DNA of 64,000 nucleotides, taken from the NCBI GenBank assembly GCA_965153355.1, contig OZ231126.1, forward strand, positions 29,760,001 through 29,824,000, given 5' to 3'. Below the pieces are notes generated by a model that saw only the letters and a list, made by a program, of their open reading frames with translations, searched no databases and had not been told where the DNA came from. Positions 53,201 to 64,000 of this stretch are shown one piece after another. Position 1 is the stretch's first letter, and each line of letters starts with the position of its first letter. Position numbers and translations under genes: made by a program. The stretch is from Flaccisagitta enflata. Lineage: Eukaryota.

Positions 53201-54387
53201 CTTTCTCTGCCCCCCCCCCCACCTCGCTGGCTTTGAGGAGGAGGAGGAGAAAATTCTTTGTATGTGTGAAAGCATAAGTCATCAACTCCTTGAAGACCGC
53301 TGCCTTGCTGCCTCCTTCAACTTTCGCCATAAATTATCAAAACATAGCTCGGGTACCGCTGACCATCTGATTCTTTTTTTTTTCGACTTTTACCTCTTTT
53401 TCGTTTCATTTATACCTCATGCTCGTGTCTCTTGGCGCGATATTTCGGCGTCGCCAGTCGATCGATCGTCGCCTTGTCCGGCGGCCGTTGGTTCTCCCTC
53501 CTCCTCCTCTCTTCTTCTTCCATCGCCTCTTCCTCTTCTCTCCTCCTTCGCATCAAACTGGCTTCGCTGCTTTTATCCAGCAGCGAAGTTTCGATGTGTC
53601 GGCGCAGCGGATCCGGCAGATCGTCGAACTTTCTTTCTCCGACGGCGACGCGCCTCCTCGTCGGCGCCGCCGAGAAATGCCGCTGCTCATCGATCGGCAG
53701 CAAAAGCTTCTCCTCCGCCGGTCGACCTTTCCGTAAATTGTGCATTTTTCGTTGTTGATTTTCCACGGCGGAATATTTGGGCGTCAGTTTGAGCACAGTG
53801 CCTGGAGGATGACTCGCCACCGCCGCACGGCCGCGCTCCGAAGACGTTCTCGCCACGCCATTTCCTCTTACGCCACCGTCGCCATTTTCTTCTTCATCTT
53901 CGCCCCTTTCCTTCCTATCGCTAACATCCGATTTCCTCGACTTATACGCCGCCTTCGAGGCGCCGGAAGATCTCGCCGCCGGGGCGTCAACCGGCAGCGC
54001 GTATTCCACGCGCTGGTTCGACCCCAAATGCGTCTCGCATTTTGCCACGCGGCGTTTCAGCGCCGTCGGCGTCGATTTTCCGCCTTTATTCCTTCTCGCG
54101 GCGGCGTCCTCCGATTTGGGTTTAAGTAGCGCCGCTTGACGCTTCCGCGCTTCTTCGGAAGTCTTAGCAGCGATTTCCGCTTTGACCCCGCCGAGGATTT
54201 CGTGCAGTCGGACTCCGTGCTTCCAACGAGTCGAATCTCCGTTCTCTTCCTCATCCTCCTCCTCCACCGGCCGGCCCCAAGCATCTCTTCTTTTCTCCTT
54301 CGTGATCATTTTGTGAGTCGCCCTGACCGGTTTCTTGTTGACTTCGTGCGTTATCCGAGTTTCCCATCGGTATTTGCGCGATGGCAT
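50267..54387 (-). CDS. Uncharacterised basic protein; exons 54387-53416, 52258-52187, 51408-51296, 50432-(50276 donor or 50267 stop)
   Basis: 325-codon GC-rich ORF plus three small phase-compatible GT-AG exons; contains DRLATPK; no family recognised. Confidence 0.55.
51636..52069. mobile_element. TA-flanked MITE
   Basis: ta|cactcttttt...aagaac / gttctt...aaaaagagtg|ta. Confidence 0.65.
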
Positions 54388-54444
54388 GCCCTGACGTCAG
54401 AGAGGCGGAACTTATTATAAGCAATTCTTTCTGCCTGTGTGTCT

Positions 54445-54474
54445 ATCTGTCTGTCTGTCTTTCTCTTTCTTTTT

Positions 54475-54519
<45 letters not shown>

Positions 54520-54948
54520 TACCTTTCTTTCTTGCTTTCCTCTACCTTTCTTTCTTTATTTCTTTTTTTTCTTCTTTTTTTCTTTTTTTTTTCTTTTTTT
54601 CCCTTTTCCTTTTTTTCCCTTTTTCTTTTTTTCTTTTTCTTTTTCTCTTTTTCTTTTTTTCTTTCTCTTTTTTTCTTTTTCTTTTTCTTTTTTTCTTTTT
54701 CTTTTTCTTTTTTTCTTTTTTTTTCTTTTTTTTTTTTTTTTTCTTTTTCTTTTTTTCCTTTTTCTTTTTTTTTCTTTTTCTTTTTCTTTTTCTTTTTTTC
54801 TTTTTCTTTTTTTCTTTTTTTCTTTTTTTCTTTTTTTCTTTTTCTTTCTTTTTCTTTTTTTTTCTTTCTTTTTTTCTTTTTCTTTTTTTCTTTTTTTTTC
54901 TTTCTTGTTTTCTTTCTTTCTCTCTTTCTTTCTTTCTTTCTTTCTTTC
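54445..54948. repeat. ~500-bp T/C low-complexity tract
   Basis: Directly visible. Confidence 0.9.
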
Positions 54949-55003
54949 CATAGGAGCAATGAGAACCTCAGATGGAGGGTCATTTCCTGCTTCACTATTC
55001 CAA

Positions 55004-55573
55004 TGAAGTAGCTTCAATTACGGTTTTTCTGAAAGCTGATGAGCAAGAGCTTTGAGTGAATATAGTTTTATTCCTCTAGCTCTAACTGTTGACCAAAAAG
55101 AAAAAAAGTGCAGCATGTAGATAACGCTACTAGCTGGCTAGCTAGCTCTTGCGTGACTATAAGCCGGGACTCGGATCGTAACTGAATACTTGAGTCTTTC
55201 CTCTATGAACTCGCAAGTTAATAGATAGAGGCGTGTGTATAGTCTGAGCAGCCTTCTGAAGGGGTTATATTTCTTACCCTTCCCTCACCAGTTGAATCTA
55301 CATCAGTTTCAAGGATATAACAGCAGTCAGGGTGAATTACAAGATATGCCATAAGAGATAGCTACATCACTTTGCAATAGGATTATATAGGAGGGTAATT
55401 GTGACAATGTAACATGATTGACCTCATGTATGACATATAAGAGAAGGGGGAAAGGAGTATAGCAATAATCGGATATGCAAGAACAAAGGAATTAATCATA
55501 AGAGTGGATACTGCATTATGCAAATGAGATTGATGATAGCAGATAAAAGGATGGACTCTATTGAGAGCCCACA
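55004..55573 (-). repeat. Putative 3' LTR (~570 bp)
   Basis: Starts TGTGGG just after a G-run PPT (~55576-55582); AATAAA at 55072-55067; ends ...ctacttCA; no second LTR to confirm the boundaries. Confidence 0.55.
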
Positions 55574-55618
55574 CGCCCCCCCAGACGTTTTGTTGCACCT
55601 CTAGGAGACAGAACGTCT

Positions 55619-58600
55619 TCACATGTTGAGATGGGCTTTCAAGATTGCTGAGAGAGAGGGGCCATAATTTGGCCTAGCCATTCTTTTGTTCAAGTCGGCG
55701 CGCTGCACCGGACGTGGATGAGGTGTCACGGTTTGAGGTAAGGAAGTGGGACTATCATTGAGACCGGAGCCTGGCCTAGCGGCCACAGGCATGTTGCACG
55801 GCACTTGAGGGTTGTCGGGAGGTTCGCACTGACAGGGCGCCAGGTTTGAGTCTGCTGGTGTATGCCCATCGTAAGGGTCCTCAGTGCCTGGCTCAGGAGC
55901 CACTGGCTCTGAATTAGATGTTTCTGCGACGGGACTTGACGGTTGCTCCTGCTTAAATGATCGAAGATGTTGGCGCTGATTGAAATCGGCAATATGGGGC
56001 GCCCCCCTGCGTCGATTTCTCCTAGACTGCAAGTTTGGCCTAGGAGGCTGTGGAGTCTGCAAAGGCTGCTGAGGCTGCTGCGATTGTGGTGATGGAGGCT
56101 GACTGTCACCATTGTCGTCGTCCTCTAGGTCCACATATGCTGGCTTGATGCGGGCTAAGGCTATTTGTTCTACCCCACGTCCTGGTAGGTGAACATTGAA
56201 CCCAGTTTCAGTTCGAGATTCGACCTTGAAGGGGCCTATGTAAGGCAGTGTCAGAGGTGGGTGGCCATGTCCCCCACGTCTTACAAAAACATGGGTTGCA
56301 TCTTTGAGGTCGTCGGGTAAATAAGTTTGCGGTTGACGATGCCTGGATGTCGGTGTTGGTTGGAGGCGTTCAACTTCGACACGCAAGTTTCCTAGCATGC
56401 GCTTGCGCTGCTGCGTCAAGTCATCTTCCACAAATGTTACGTCTGGAAGCAATTCCCCTGGAACTGCCAGACCTTCCCCGTAAACCAACTCTGCAGGGGA
56501 GGAGCCCACGTCAGGTTTGAGTGTAGTTCGTATGGCCAGGAGTGCCATTGGGAGTTGCCAAAACCATTTGGCGCTGTCATCACTGCACTGGGCTTTGAGT
56601 GATTCTTTGAGTCTCCTGTGGAACCTTTCAATCAGGCCATTTGCCTCTGGATGGTAGGACGTTGTGAGGTGGGCTACAATGCCCCATGTTTCGCAAAGCT
56701 GCTTCCACAATGCAGAAGTAAATTGTGACCCGCGGTCTGTTGTGATTGCTTTAGGAACACCAAACGAGGCTATCCAGCCATGTGTGATTGCGTCAATGAT
56801 GGCTTCTGTTGTGGTGTCCTTCAGTGAGATTGCCGTTGGCCATCGCGTGAAGCGGTCGATGATTGTCAACAGATATTCGTATCCGTTAGATTCTGGCATT
56901 TTTGTGAGGTCTGCATGTAGGTGAGCAAAGCGTCGGTTCGGGACAATGAATTCGCCAATCTCAGAGACAACATGTCGTCGCACCTTGGCTCTCTGACAAT
57001 GCACACACTCGCGAGACCATTTGGCTGAATCGGCGCGGATTGATGGCCAGACAAATTTTTCACAAATCATCTGTCTTGTTCTTTCAATGCCTGGGTGACC
57101 AAGTCCATGAATGGCGTCAAAGACACGTCTCCTCCAGGTAAATGGAACAAATGGACGAGCAGGGCCATTGGAAACGTCCACATGCAGATTGTATGGACCT
57201 ATTGGCACTTTTCGGAATGATATTCCGGAATTCGGATCGCGTGAAACGCGTGAGAAATCAGGGTCAAGAGGTTGGTCACGTGCCATTTCCTCAAAATCAA
57301 TACCCAGAGAGATTATTGAGTTGATTGATTGATTCAGATTCACAAGTTTTTCGTCCGGAATAGGTTTCTCGATGCTTGACGTAGGCGTCGTGGTTGTTTT
57401 GATCAAGTGAACCTTGTGGCCTGGACCAAGCTGGGTCGTGACGCCTGCTTCAACCATCGCAATTAAGAACACATGTTCTTCTGTTTCATTTGGGCGGGAC
57501 AACGCGTCCGCCACAACATTGGCTTTGCCTTCGATGTATCTTATGTCCGTCGTGTATTCCGCAATACCAGACAGTTGGTAGGTTTGACGTGCGGTGTGTG
57601 GCTCTGTCTTTTTTGAGAGAGCAGGAACAAGTGACTGGTGATCGGTGTACAGCGTAAATCGTCGACCCTCCACCATATGGCGGAAGTGACGGATTGATCG
57701 GAAAGCAGCAAGGAGTTCCCGGTCAAAAGGCGGCCAATTTCGTTCGTTGTTTTTTAGTCTAGCGCTAAAGAACCCTAGAGGTTCCCAACCATTTGGGCCT
57801 CTTTGCTCTAGAACGCCACCCATGGCGACGTTTGATGCGTCTGTTGTCAAGGCCAGGACAGCATTTGGACGAGGATGACGAAGCATTGCCGCATTAGCCA
57901 GTGCTTCCTTGATTGCGTTGAAAGAGCTCTCGCATTCTGGTGTCCAATTCAGCTTTCTGGGCTTCCCCTTCAGGGCTTCAAACAGGAAGTCCATGTGGTG
58001 GGCAGCATGGCGGATGTGTTTGCGGTAATAGCCAACCATGCCGTTGAACCGTTGCAGTTCCTTCACAGTTGTTGGTGCCTTGGTGGCCCTTATTGCCTCA
58101 ACTTTTTCCGGCAGTGGAGTGACGCCATCCTGGTTGACGCGGAAGCCGAGGAAATCTAGCTCTGTTACACCAAGGATGCACTTTGGCCGGTTGACAACTA
58201 GCCTATTTGCGGAAAGGAGATCAAAAATCTGCCTTAAGTGCTCAAGGTGCTCTTCGGGTGTGTTTGAAAAGATGAGAATATCGTCCAAATACACGTAGCA
58301 AAATGGAAGGTCACCAAGGACCTCATCCATTAGCCTTTGGAAGTCTTGTCCTGCGTTTTTTAAGCCAAACGGGCAGCGGGGAAAAATATACAACCCAAAT
58401 GGGGTTATAACTGCGGTTTTTCCAATATCCCCAGGGGCTACGGGGATTTGATGGTAGCCCTTCAAAAGATCGATTTTCGAAAATATCTTTTTGCCGCAAA
58501 GGTTGGCATTGAAGTCCGCAAGGGACTTAACTGGATATTTGTCATCTATGGTGGCGGTGTTCAGGCGGCGATAGTCGCCGCAAACTCGCCAACCTCCACC

Positions 58601-59305
58601 AGGTTTTGGGGCGACCATGAGTGGGGATGCCCATTCGCTTTTGCCTCTGTAGCAGATGCCCAACTCAACTAGTTTTTCAAACTCTTGTTTGGCGATTGCG
58701 AGCTTCTCTGGATTGAGAGGCCTCACCTTTGACTGGATTGGGCGGCAGTCTGTTGGTATGTGGTGTTGGACACCGTGTGCCACTTCCTTTGGCTTGAAGG
58801 ATGGCGTTGATAGTTCTGGGTAACTCTCAAGGAGTTTTAGGAAAGGGTCTTGCCCGTGGCTGATATGGTTGATTTTGCTAAAATTGTTTGCCTGCGTATC
58901 ATTGTTAATACGCACAGGTATTATTGAGCAATCAGAGAGATCGATGAGGCATTTATCGCGGTGATTGGGAGCGAGGTAAAAATGAGAGAGAAAATCCGCT
59001 CCCAGGATTGGTTGGCGGACATCAGCAACAATGAAGGAAAATGAAAATCTACGATCACCGATACAGACATCTCTGTCTGTAAGCCCATAACATAAAATTT
59101 CTGAGCCGTTGGCTGCTTGTAGTCGCCAAGCATTGGGTCCAGCAGCGCGTTGCTGTGGTGTTGGCGGGATAATTGACCATGCTGCGCCGCCATCGATAAG
59201 CCAACGAGTATCATCAATTGCGTCAATGGCAAAAAGAAGCTTTGAGCCGTCTTGTGATTCGCGGGGCAGTGCGGCATTTATTTCTGGCCCGCCTGTCCGT
59301 TTCCC
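55619..59305 (-). CDS. pol: Gypsy Pol polyprotein (protease, RT, RNase H, integrase), frame open from the slippery site
   Basis: LIDGGA...ILGADFL; CGDYRRLN, PFGLKNA, YLDD; TDAS...DRELLA; HHCC, DDE (TDRG, GLIE), PYIGPF; 1229 codons without internal stop. Confidence 0.93.
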   Translation of the reverse strand, partial: GKRTGGPEINAALPRESQDGSKLLFAIDAIDDTRWLIDGGAAWSIIPPTPQQRAAGPNAWRLQAANGSEILCYGLTDRDVCIGDRRFSFSFIVADVRQPILGADFLSHFYLAPNHRDKCLIDLSDCSIIPVRINNDTQANNFSKINHISHGQDPFLKLLESYPELSTPSFKPKEVAHGVQHHIPTDCRPIQSKVRPLNPEKLAIAKQEFEKLVELGICYRGKSEWASPLMVAPKPGGGWRVCGDYRRLNTATIDDKYPVKSLADFNANLCGKKIFSKIDLLKGYHQIPVAPGDIGKTAVITPFGLYIFPRCPFGLKNAGQDFQRLMDEVLGDLPFCYVYLDDILIFSNTPEEHLEHLRQIFDLLSANRLVVNRPKCILGVTELDFLGFRVNQDGVTPLPEKVEAIRATKAPTTVKELQRFNGMVGYYRKHIRHAAHHMDFLFEALKGKPRKLNWTPECESSFNAIKEALANAAMLRHPRPNAVLALTTDASNVAMGGVLEQRGPNGWEPLGFFSARLKNNERNWPPFDRELLAAFRSIRHFRHMVEGRRFTLYTDHQSLVPALSKKTEPHTARQTYQLSGIAEYTTDIRYIEGKANVVADALSRPNETEEHVFLIAMVEAGVTTQLGPGHKVHLIKTTTTPTSSIEKPIPDEKLVNLNQSINSIISLGIDFEEMARDQPLDPDFSRVSRDPNSGISFRKVPIGPYNLHVDVSNGPARPFVPFTWRRRVFDAIHGLGHPGIERTRQMICEKFVWPSIRADSAKWSRECVHCQRAKVRRHVVSEIGEFIVPNRRFAHLHADLTKMPESNGYEYLLTIIDRFTRWPTAISLKDTTTEAIIDAITHGWIASFGVPKAITTDRGSQFTSALWKQLCETWGIVAHLTTSYHPEANGLIERFHRRLKESLKAQCSDDSAKWFWQLPMALLAIRTTLKPDVGSSPAELVYGEGLAVPGELLPDVTFVEDDLTQQRKRMLGNLRVEVERLQPTPTSRHRQPQTYLPDDLKDATHVFVRRGGHGHPPLTLPYIGPFKVESRTETGFNVHLPGRGVEQIALARIKPAYVDLEDDDNGDSQPPSPQSQQPQQPLQTPQPPRPNLQSRRNRRRGAPHIADFNQRQHLRSFKQEQPSSPVAETSNSEPVAPEPGTEDPYDGHTPADSNLAPCQCEPPDNPQVPCNMPVAARPGSGLNDSPTSLPQTVTPHPRPVQRADLNKRMARPNYGPSLSAILKAHLNM

Positions 59306-59571
59306 GGGAAGCGTTGTTCATCAAATCGGGAGCAGCTGACTTCGCAGTATCGCGCCTTGTCACCGAACCTGAAGTGGGCTTGGCAAAGGTTGACACTTTT
59401 CTTGACTGGGTAGTTTGGATTTGCTTTTACAGCCTTGGGTGCTGTTTGGAACGCTTCAGTTTTTAAGGTTTGACCTGTTTTAACATGTTGCTGTGGTCGG
59501 CCACCACCTTGGGCCTTGCGGGGTTGTGGGCGTTGCGAGAACCTGCGCCCTATGGCATTGATTACTTGCAC
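59278..59571 (-). CDS. gag: Gag C-terminal fragment
   Basis: CQAHFRFGDKARYCEVSC = Cx2Hx9Cx3C; N-terminal part absent. Confidence 0.75.
   Translation of the reverse strand: MQVINAIGRRFSQRPQPRKAQGGGRPQQHVKTGQTLKTEAFQTAPKAVKANPNYPVKKSVNLCQAHFRFGDKARYCEVSCSRFDEQRFPGNGQAGQK
59299..59305 (-). promoter_or_regulatory. -1 ribosomal frameshift slippery heptamer G GGA AAC
   Basis: X XXY YYZ in gag frame near the gag stop; the -1 frame is continuous with pol. Confidence 0.75.
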
Positions 59572-60565
59572 TGCTCTGGATCTCCACCACTAACTTTAAA
59601 CTAGGATTACTGCCACTTTTTTCATGGTTTCTGGTGGTCCAGCCCATGCATAATCCATGTCAAAAGGTTTCAAAATAATTCCAAGAGCGCCTTTTTTTTA
59701 ATTCTCATTTTTTTCTGGGTGGTAGGTACAGGCCATAAAACTTTCCCTCTTTTGGACAATGTCCCTTGTTTTGCTTATAACTTTTAAACGCTTAAAGTTA
59801 GAAATGCCAGATTGGTCCCATTTAAAAGATCTTTTCAAGATCTTTCCAACCGTCACCAATTTTTTTGAGATCCATTGAAAAACAACCAAGTTATAAGCTG
59901 TCAAACATAAGCAATGTTATGGAGATTTTGCACCATTTTCCAGATCATTGAATTTTTCTTCCATTTTCTTTATTTCACTTGTTTTGCTCATAACTTTTGA
60001 ACGAATTAAGCTAGAAATGCCAGATTGGTCCCATTTGAAAGATCTTTTCAAGATCTTAAAAACCGTCACTAATTTTTTGTCAATTCCTTGAAAAAAACCG
60101 TCTTTATAGGCTGTCAAACATAAGCATTGTCATGGGGATTTCCGAGGATTTTCCCACCATCAGTTTTTTCATGGTCTCATCCTGTTTTTACATGCATTCT
60201 CAAATATCTGCAAGGGGCTTTGTCTCTTGGCTATCCTGCTGATTTTTCCAATGGTTAATCTGTCCATCTGTCAGTTCATTTATCAGGGAGATTGTGAAAC
60301 ATTGCAAGAAAATGAGCAGATTTATTGGGCCAATGTCCTGTAGGGGAATTTCGAGATATCTGTCCATCTGTCCTTCTGTCCCCCCCCCCTTGGCCATGGA
60401 AGCCTCAGCTCTGCAGTCTCAGGCCTGATTTTGGCCCTCTGAGCCCTTAGATTAGCCCTTTGAGACCTCAGTTTAGCCCTTGAGAGCTCATATCAGCTCT
60501 CCAGACCTCATATCTGCCCAACTATAGGTTCATCTATCAGGGAGATTGTGAAACATTGCAAAAAA

Positions 60566-62343
60566 AGCTTCAAAATTACAGTCCCCGACTGGGGACTGTA
60601 ATTTTTGAAGCTTTCTCGTTGCTTAAACGCAACTCGATGAGATACACAAGAGAGCAATTTCAAGAAAAAAAAAAAAAATATTCAGTATTGTTTTAATGAT
60701 GACAAAACTTGATAATGATAACAATAGTGGATGATTATGATGACAACAATGAATGATAATGACAACAAAAATCTGAGGAAAAAAATATTTTATTTTTTTT
60801 CAAAAAAATTTTCAAAAAAAAATTTTTTTCAAAAAAAAATTTTTTCAAAAAAAAATTTCCAAAAAAATTTTCAAAAAAAGTTTTCAAAAAAAATTTTCCA
60901 AAAAATTTTTAAAATTTTTTTCAAGAAAATTTTCAAAAAAATTTTTTTTTAAATTTTCAAAAAAAATTTAGTAGTCGAAGATTATGACAGATAAAGGTGA
61001 TGACAGTAGTTGAAGATGATGACAGTAGTTGAAGATGATGACAGTAGTTGAAGATGATGACAGTAGTTGAAGATGATGACAGTAGTTGAAGATGATGACA
61101 GTAGTTGAAGATGATGACAGTAGTTGAAGATGATGACAGTAGTTGAAGATGATGACAGTAGTTGAAGATGATGACAGTAGTTGAAGATGATGACAGTAGT
61201 TGAAGAGATGACAGTAGTTGAAGATGATGACAGTAGTTGAAGATGATGACAGTAGTTGAAGATGATGACAGTAGTTGAAGATGATGACAGTAGTTGAAGA
61301 TGATGACAGTAGTTGAAGATGATGACAGTAGTTGGAGATGAATCTTGAAATCCATTATGGCACACCTAAAGAAAAGAAATCAGAATGTAATAAATGAGCA
61401 AGTAAAAGAATTCATCAACTCCAATCCTCTATATAAATCGCCTAAGTCCTAGTAACATATTACTACATTAATAAGCTAATATCTTATAAACCAGACTGCA
61501 GATTTAATTTGAATTTCGCAGGGGCAGTTCAATTAATATCCTTTACTTGTACACCAAATTAAAAAAGAATTCACATAACTTTGCTACCCTTTGCCTAAGT
61601 AAACTGCCTAAGTCATAGTAACATATTACTACATAAATAAGCTAATATCTCATAAACCAGACTTCAGATTAAATTCGAATTTTGCAGGGGTTATTTATTT
61701 ACTACCCTCTACTTGTGTACCAAATTAGAAAAAGATTCACATACCTTTACTACCCTTTGCCTATGTAAATTGCCCAAGTCCTAGCAACATACTACTACAT
61801 AAATAAGCTAATATCTCATAAACCAGACTTCAGATTTAATTCGAATTTTGCAGGGGTTGTTTATTTACTACCCTCTGCTTGTATACCAATTTAAAAAAAA
61901 ATTCACATAGTTTTACTTCCCTCTACCTATGTAAATCGCCTAAGTCCTAGTAACATATTACTACTTAAATAAGCTAATATCTCCTAAACCAGACTTCAGA
62001 TTTAATTCGAATTTTGCAGGGCTTGATTATTTAGTACGCTTTACTTGTATACCAAATTAAAAAAAAATTCACACAGTTTCACTACCCTCTGCCTATGTAA
62101 ATCGCCCAAGTCCAGTAAAATATTACTACAAAAATAATAGGCAAAGGGTAGTAAAAGTTTATGAATTTTTTTGAAAATTGGTACACAAGCTCCTATTGAC
62201 CTATTAACAACACCAGCAAAGTTTCATAAAATTCTGAAGTCTGGATCCAAAAATGTGAGAAGGTTTTAAACGACGACGACGACAAACAGACTACACGATC
62301 ACTGCTATCACATAGTCACCGACGAAAACTGTTCGTCGGGGAC
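60566..62343 (-). mobile_element. Family B copy 2 with 19-bp array (~60998-61335) and ~6 x ~120-bp units (~61430-62160)
   Basis: Termini and internal blocks are the reverse complement of 23620-25491. Confidence 0.75.
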
Positions 62344-64000
62344 AAAAATGCCGATGTCCTGTAGAACACGGGGAATTTCCAGACGTCCATCCTTCTGTCC
62401 GTCTTTCCTTCCGGCCTTCTGTCCCTCCCCCCCATTAGCCATCATGGCCTCAAATTTGCCCTCCCAGCTCTTGATTTAGCCCTCCAGGCCTCAAGTTGGC
62501 CTTCCAGGCTTCATATCAGCCCCCCAGCTTCAGATCTGACCTCCAAACCTCAAATCTGCCCTTTAGAACTTCAATTAGCCATCACGCCACAGGGGAGGCT
62601 TTCATAGGTCAAGAAAAATTCTCGGTCATAATGGCGAGTGGTTTGGGCCTCAGGAAGGTTCACTTTATCACTTCATACCAAAACGAAAATTTTTTTACTT
62701 CAAAATTTTTTTAAAATGCTGTAAAACGCCATAAAAGGCCTGTAAAATTGGCATTTTTGACAGTTTTTTTGTCCAAAACCGCCGCTATGGTCAAAATTTT
62801 ATCAGACTCACTAGAACAGCTGTTTCCGAATTAAAAATCAGCCATCATGAGTTTTTAAGAGGGCAGGTGTGGGACGTCGAAACAAAGAGCCTTAATTCAG
62901 CCCCCTTGGGTTTCAAAAAAGCTCATTTAGACATTGAACAAGCCCTCTCAAACAAAATCGAGCCTTTTCAGGCCTCAGATGAGCCCTCACTAGCCCGAAA
63001 TCAGCCTTTGAACTCATACAATTTTTACTCATACAATCTTGTCTCCTTTGGAGCTCCTCTTTTGTTATTTTTGGGGCTCTCTGACCAAATATGTCACTCA
63101 ATGCTTGTATGAGTGAGAAGAAGCTGCGAAGCAGAACAACAACCCTGAAAAGGTACAAGTCCTATAGCACACGGGGGGAATTTTGTGAAAGCAGATACAG
63201 GCCTGTATATGGTTCCACATTGATCCAAATTCCAAATAAATCAAAGAGTTTGGAGAAAGGGAAGAAGAAGGAAGGAGGGGAAAAAGAGAAAAAACAAGGC
63301 CGGATAGACAGCAACCCCAGTCGCGTGTGGGTGGGCAGGGGCTATATTTGAGGTCACTTGATCATTTGGGCAGGAGCAGTGAGGCTAAAGACCGCAAAAA
63401 CCCCCAAAAAGTAAATTGTGATGGACGGACCAACGGATGGACGGACAGATGGACCAACAAAGCGGAGTGTAGAGTCGTGTAGCACGCGACTAAAAAGAAA
63501 ATTTGGGAAAAATATAATTTTTGGCAGTAACAAATTATAAAACCCAATAAGTAAAACACAATTAAAAACTTTTTAAACCTTAAACACTAGCCTAACAATT
63601 ATTTACACGAAGTCATAGGAAAGGGATATAGCTCAAAAATTATGTAAGAAAATGGTCCATGAAACACATTTAGCCATACGACCCCTATGAACTATGGCCG
63701 CCACCCACCCCCTTCCCCATAATAAAGTACAGGAAACCCTGGAGGCCAAAATCCATCCCATACAATTTCTATGGGATACACTTTTTTTTTTTTATAAGAG
63801 ACCAGTTTATAAGAGACATGAGCCTGAGATTTGCCGAAATTTTAAGAACAAAATAAGAAAATGCCCAGGCTGAGATTCAGCTCCGGCCATTTTCGAAAAC
63901 AATTTTATTCAAGTTTCTTATCTAAAAAATGAATTCAATTCAAATTTTTCAGAAATATAGGTTGTTTATCTTTAAAAATAACTTCTTTTCTTAGTTTGCC

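Larger units (their letters stand above)
55004..59575 (-). mobile_element. Ty3/Gypsy LTR retrotransposon, CsRn1-like, 5'-truncated
   Basis: gag CHCC knuckle, PR-RT-RH-IN order, G-rich PPT, one putative LTR. Confidence 0.9.

Overview
Repeat-rich, intron-containing animal (invertebrate-like) genomic DNA; no prokaryotic features. On the + strand: the 3' eight coding exons of AP-1 gamma adaptin (AP1G1, 1839-7497) and a CoREST/RCOR gene (10930-35982; ELM2-SANT1-C4 zinc finger-linker-SANT2). A large RCOR intron holds an antisense 8.1-kb Sola2-like DNA transposon (13509-21606; 26-bp imperfect TIRs, TCAT 4-bp TSD) with an intact 5-exon, ~1138-aa AT-hook transposase. On the - strand: an unrecognised multi-exon gene (47354-54387) and a 5'-truncated CsRn1-like Ty3/Gypsy element (55004-~59575) with intact pol behind a G-GGA-AAC -1 frameshift site. 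The rest is nested MITEs (hAT, TA-flanked, 9-bp-TSD), several DINE-1/Helentron-like non-autonomous families carrying minisatellite arrays, and microsatellites. Notable oddities: a duplicated splice acceptor in RCOR giving a potential stop-containing isoform, a 1-nt frameshift in RCOR exon 1, and inverted telomere-type repeats beside the Sola insertion. Exon models and family assignments were made by eye from GT-AG sites, phase and remembered motifs; no searches were run.
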